Assembly: GCA_951812955.1 (NCBI GenBank)
Contig: OX638340.1
Location: 1,824,001 to 1,888,000, forward strand
DNA length: 64,000 nucleotides
Reading direction: 5' to 3'
Origin: an uncultured Gemmatimonadota bacterium
GTDB taxonomy: Bacteria; JAAXHH01
Shown: positions 61,973 through 64,000 of the stretch, piece by piece
Layout of the letters: each line of letters starts with the position of its first letter
Position numbering within the stretch: the first letter of the stretch is position 1
The notes under the pieces: model-generated
What the model was told of the DNA's origin: nothing
Database searches by the model: none
The model's input: the letters and a program-made list of their open reading frames with translations, nothing else
Position numbers and translations under genes: made by a program

Positions 61973-62110
61973 GCCAGCAAGAATATCAGTCGAGGGGGAG
62001 AAACACTTTCTTTGGTTTGGAACGGGCCGAGGAAAACGGCTGTTGTCGTCGGCCCGCTTCTCCTTCAGCGTACCTTCTCAGCCCCGCCCCGTTGCAGCGC
62101 GGTCTCGAAA

Positions 62111-63415
62111 TCAGCCCCGCCCCGCCAGCGGAATCCCGTACCGCTGCAGCGTGGTAATGAGCGTCGGGCGACCGAGGCGGATCCGGCCGTCGTTCAGCAG
62201 GTAGGAAAACAGATAGCCCGCACCGAGCATGATAATCCCTATGAGGAAACAGTACATGACTGCGCGATCGGGATAGACGTCTTTCAGGTACCCCACGTAC
62301 AGCGGACCGAAGATCCCCGCGGCGGCCCACGCGGTCAGCACCGCGCCGTAGATGGTGGACATCTTCTTCGTGCCGAACACGTCGAGGACGAAGGAAGGCA
62401 TGGTGGCGAAACCGCCGCCGAAGCAGAGCAGCACGTAGCAGACCAGCGCGGAGAAGACCCAGGGGTTCGTCTCGGTCATGAGTATGCCGAAGACTACCAT
62501 CTGGCTGCCGAGCAACACCCTGAAAACCGTAACCCTTCCGAACCGGTCGGACAGCAGTCCCCAGAACAGCCGCCCCAGTCCGTTGCAGATCGAGCTGACC
62601 GCGATGAGGGTAGCCCCGTACTCGGCCAGCATGGTGGGTTCGATTGAATCATCCGCCAGGCCCCAGATCTCCTGCAGAATTTCCGACTGGAAGCTGACGA
62701 CAGATATCCCGGCCGCAATGTTGAAGAAAAATACGATCCACATGAAGACGAACTGCGTCGTACCCAGGTAGGCGCGGGCGTACTTCGGTTCGTCGGCCTC
62801 ATCGGGATCGGTCGCGGTAGTCGACGGACCCGTGGGATCCGGCGGCGGGTCGGTCAGCGCCAGGCTGCAGGGGATGAGAATCAGGGCAAAGATGATACCG
62901 AGCCAGAAGAAGACTTCTGGCAATGCGCCCGCGGTCCGGACGATGAGGAAGGGCGCAAGGCCCTTGCTAAGCAGGAACGCCCCCACGCCGAATCCCATGA
63001 CGACGATCCCGGTAGCCAGGCCCTTGCGATCCGGAAACCACTTGGCCACGGTGGCGACCGGCGTGACGTACCCCAGCCCGATGCCCGCGCCGCCAATCAC
63101 TCCGTAGCCGAGATAGAACAACGGGATACTGTTCATCTCAAGTGCCAGGCCCGAGACCAGGTAACCGCACGCGAACAGGAAGCTGCCTATAAGGGCGAGT
63201 TTGCGCGGTCCCATCTTCGGCAGCATATTCCCGGCCCAGGCTGCCGATACGCCGAGGGTAAAGATGGCGATGCTGAAGGCCCAGGCCGTCTCGGTGTGGG
63301 TCCAACCGATCTGGCGCACCAGTATCGTCTGGAAGAAACTCCAGGCGTATACCGTGCCGAAGCAGACCTGCAGCGCCGTGCAGAAGAGCGCGATGGCGCT
63401 TCGGGGAATGCGCAT
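62111..63415 (-). CDS. MFS transporter (oxalate/formate-antiporter-like subfamily likely)
   Basis: 12 predicted TM segments, GxLxDRxGRR-like loop (LSDRFGRVTVF), 434 aa from an ATG with AGGAGGA SD. Confidence 0.75.
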   Translation of the reverse strand: MRIPRSAIALFCTALQVCFGTVYAWSFFQTILVRQIGWTHTETAWAFSIAIFTLGVSAAWAGNMLPKMGPRKLALIGSFLFACGYLVSGLALEMNSIPLFYLGYGVIGGAGIGLGYVTPVATVAKWFPDRKGLATGIVVMGFGVGAFLLSKGLAPFLIVRTAGALPEVFFWLGIIFALILIPCSLALTDPPPDPTGPSTTATDPDEADEPKYARAYLGTTQFVFMWIVFFFNIAAGISVVSFQSEILQEIWGLADDSIEPTMLAEYGATLIAVSSICNGLGRLFWGLLSDRFGRVTVFRVLLGSQMVVFGILMTETNPWVFSALVCYVLLCFGGGFATMPSFVLDVFGTKKMSTIYGAVLTAWAAAGIFGPLYVGYLKDVYPDRAVMYCFLIGIIMLGAGYLFSYLLNDGRIRLGRPTLITTLQRYGIPLAGRG

Positions 63416-63428
63416 CGCTTTTATCCTC

Positions 63429-64000
63429 CTACCGTGCCTTCTCCGGCGGCGCGCCGGGCGCACTGGAGTCGGGCGACTGATCGGAGATGTGGCGGAAGAG
63501 ACGGGCCAGATCGCCTACTTCGTCGTCCCGTCCAAGGAGATCGTCCGCCGAGGCTTCCGTTTCCTTGTTGCCCGCGATATTGACGGCGTAGGCGAGTAGC
63601 TCCGCGAGGGGTTTTGCTGCGAGATTGACGAGCCAGATCGAAGCAAGAACGCCCACGACGAGGAATATGCAAATGAGGATTACCTGCTGGCCGATGGCGC
63701 GCTGGATCTTGAGGGCGACCTCATCCTGGTCCATGCCTACGTGCACCGTGCCCGCCACGCCCGCCAGGATGGGACTGCCGACCTCCAGGAAATCACCCAG
63801 GCCGGGGATGCTTCGCTCCACGGGCTCGAGATTCGAATGATCGCTCGCGAGAATCTGCTCGGGTATGCCGGGCACGAAGGTATGGGCGAGATACTCGCCG
63901 TCCTCACTGGTGATGTAGATGTACCGGATACCCTGAATTTCTACGAACTGATCGATCATCGATTGCAGCGTCGCCAGGTTTCGGTTGAGCAGGATGTCGA
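63429..64000 (-). CDS. Hypothetical membrane protein with periplasmic-sensor-like region, TM helix and HAMP-like segment (N-terminus may lie beyond the window edge)
   Basis: ILICIFLVVGVLASIWLV TM helix followed by a HAMP-like region (LAELLAYAVNIAGNKETE...VGDLARLF). The ORF is open to the window end. Confidence 0.35.
   Translation of the reverse strand, partial: DILLNRNLATLQSMIDQFVEIQGIRYIYITSEDGEYLAHTFVPGIPEQILASDHSNLEPVERSIPGLGDFLEVGSPILAGVAGTVHVGMDQDEVALKIQRAIGQQVILICIFLVVGVLASIWLVNLAAKPLAELLAYAVNIAGNKETEASADDLLGRDDEVGDLARLFRHISDQSPDSSAPGAPPEKAR

Overview
This is a 64 kb window from a high-GC (about 60-65%) bacterial chromosome, gene-dense on both strands. Most genes encode accessory or secondary metabolic enzymes: four PhyH-family Fe(II)/2-oxoglutarate dioxygenase paralogs, two SDRs, an enolase-superfamily enzyme, a CN-hydrolase, a DegT aminotransferase, a polysaccharide deacetylase, a heparinase-II/III-like protein, the catalase-peroxidase KatG, an alpha-carbonic anhydrase and an M19 dipeptidase. 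There are also four paralogous ~800-aa FtsX-type ABC permease genes, an arrangement typical of Bacteroidota-, Rhodothermota- or Gemmatimonadota-like genomes. No rRNA, tRNA, CRISPR array, integrase or transposase was recognised. The most conspicuous feature is a ~2.8 kb AT-rich islet at 5258-8029 (about 40% GC against a ~62% background). It sits between a PhyH gene and a ceramidase-like gene and carries a two-gene minus-strand module: a small membrane protein with a strong RBS, followed by a 691-aa protein with an internal NERD / PD-(D/E)xK-like nuclease motif and no recognisable ATPase or methylase motifs. This is my best candidate for a previously undescribed defence or abortive-infection module. 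Other points worth a second look are a minus-strand cluster at 54.4-58.2 kb (ECF sigma factor with a long C-terminal extension, a GNAT, a chloramphenicol-phosphotransferase-like kinase fused to a GNAT, and a histidine phosphatase); a sterol-reductase-family (ERG4/ERG24-like) and an EBP/EXPERA-like membrane protein pair; a recurring TGTACAATTGTACA palindrome in three intergenic regions; several short tandem or direct repeat arrays; and a second, moderately lower-GC accessory block at about 38-44.7 kb.
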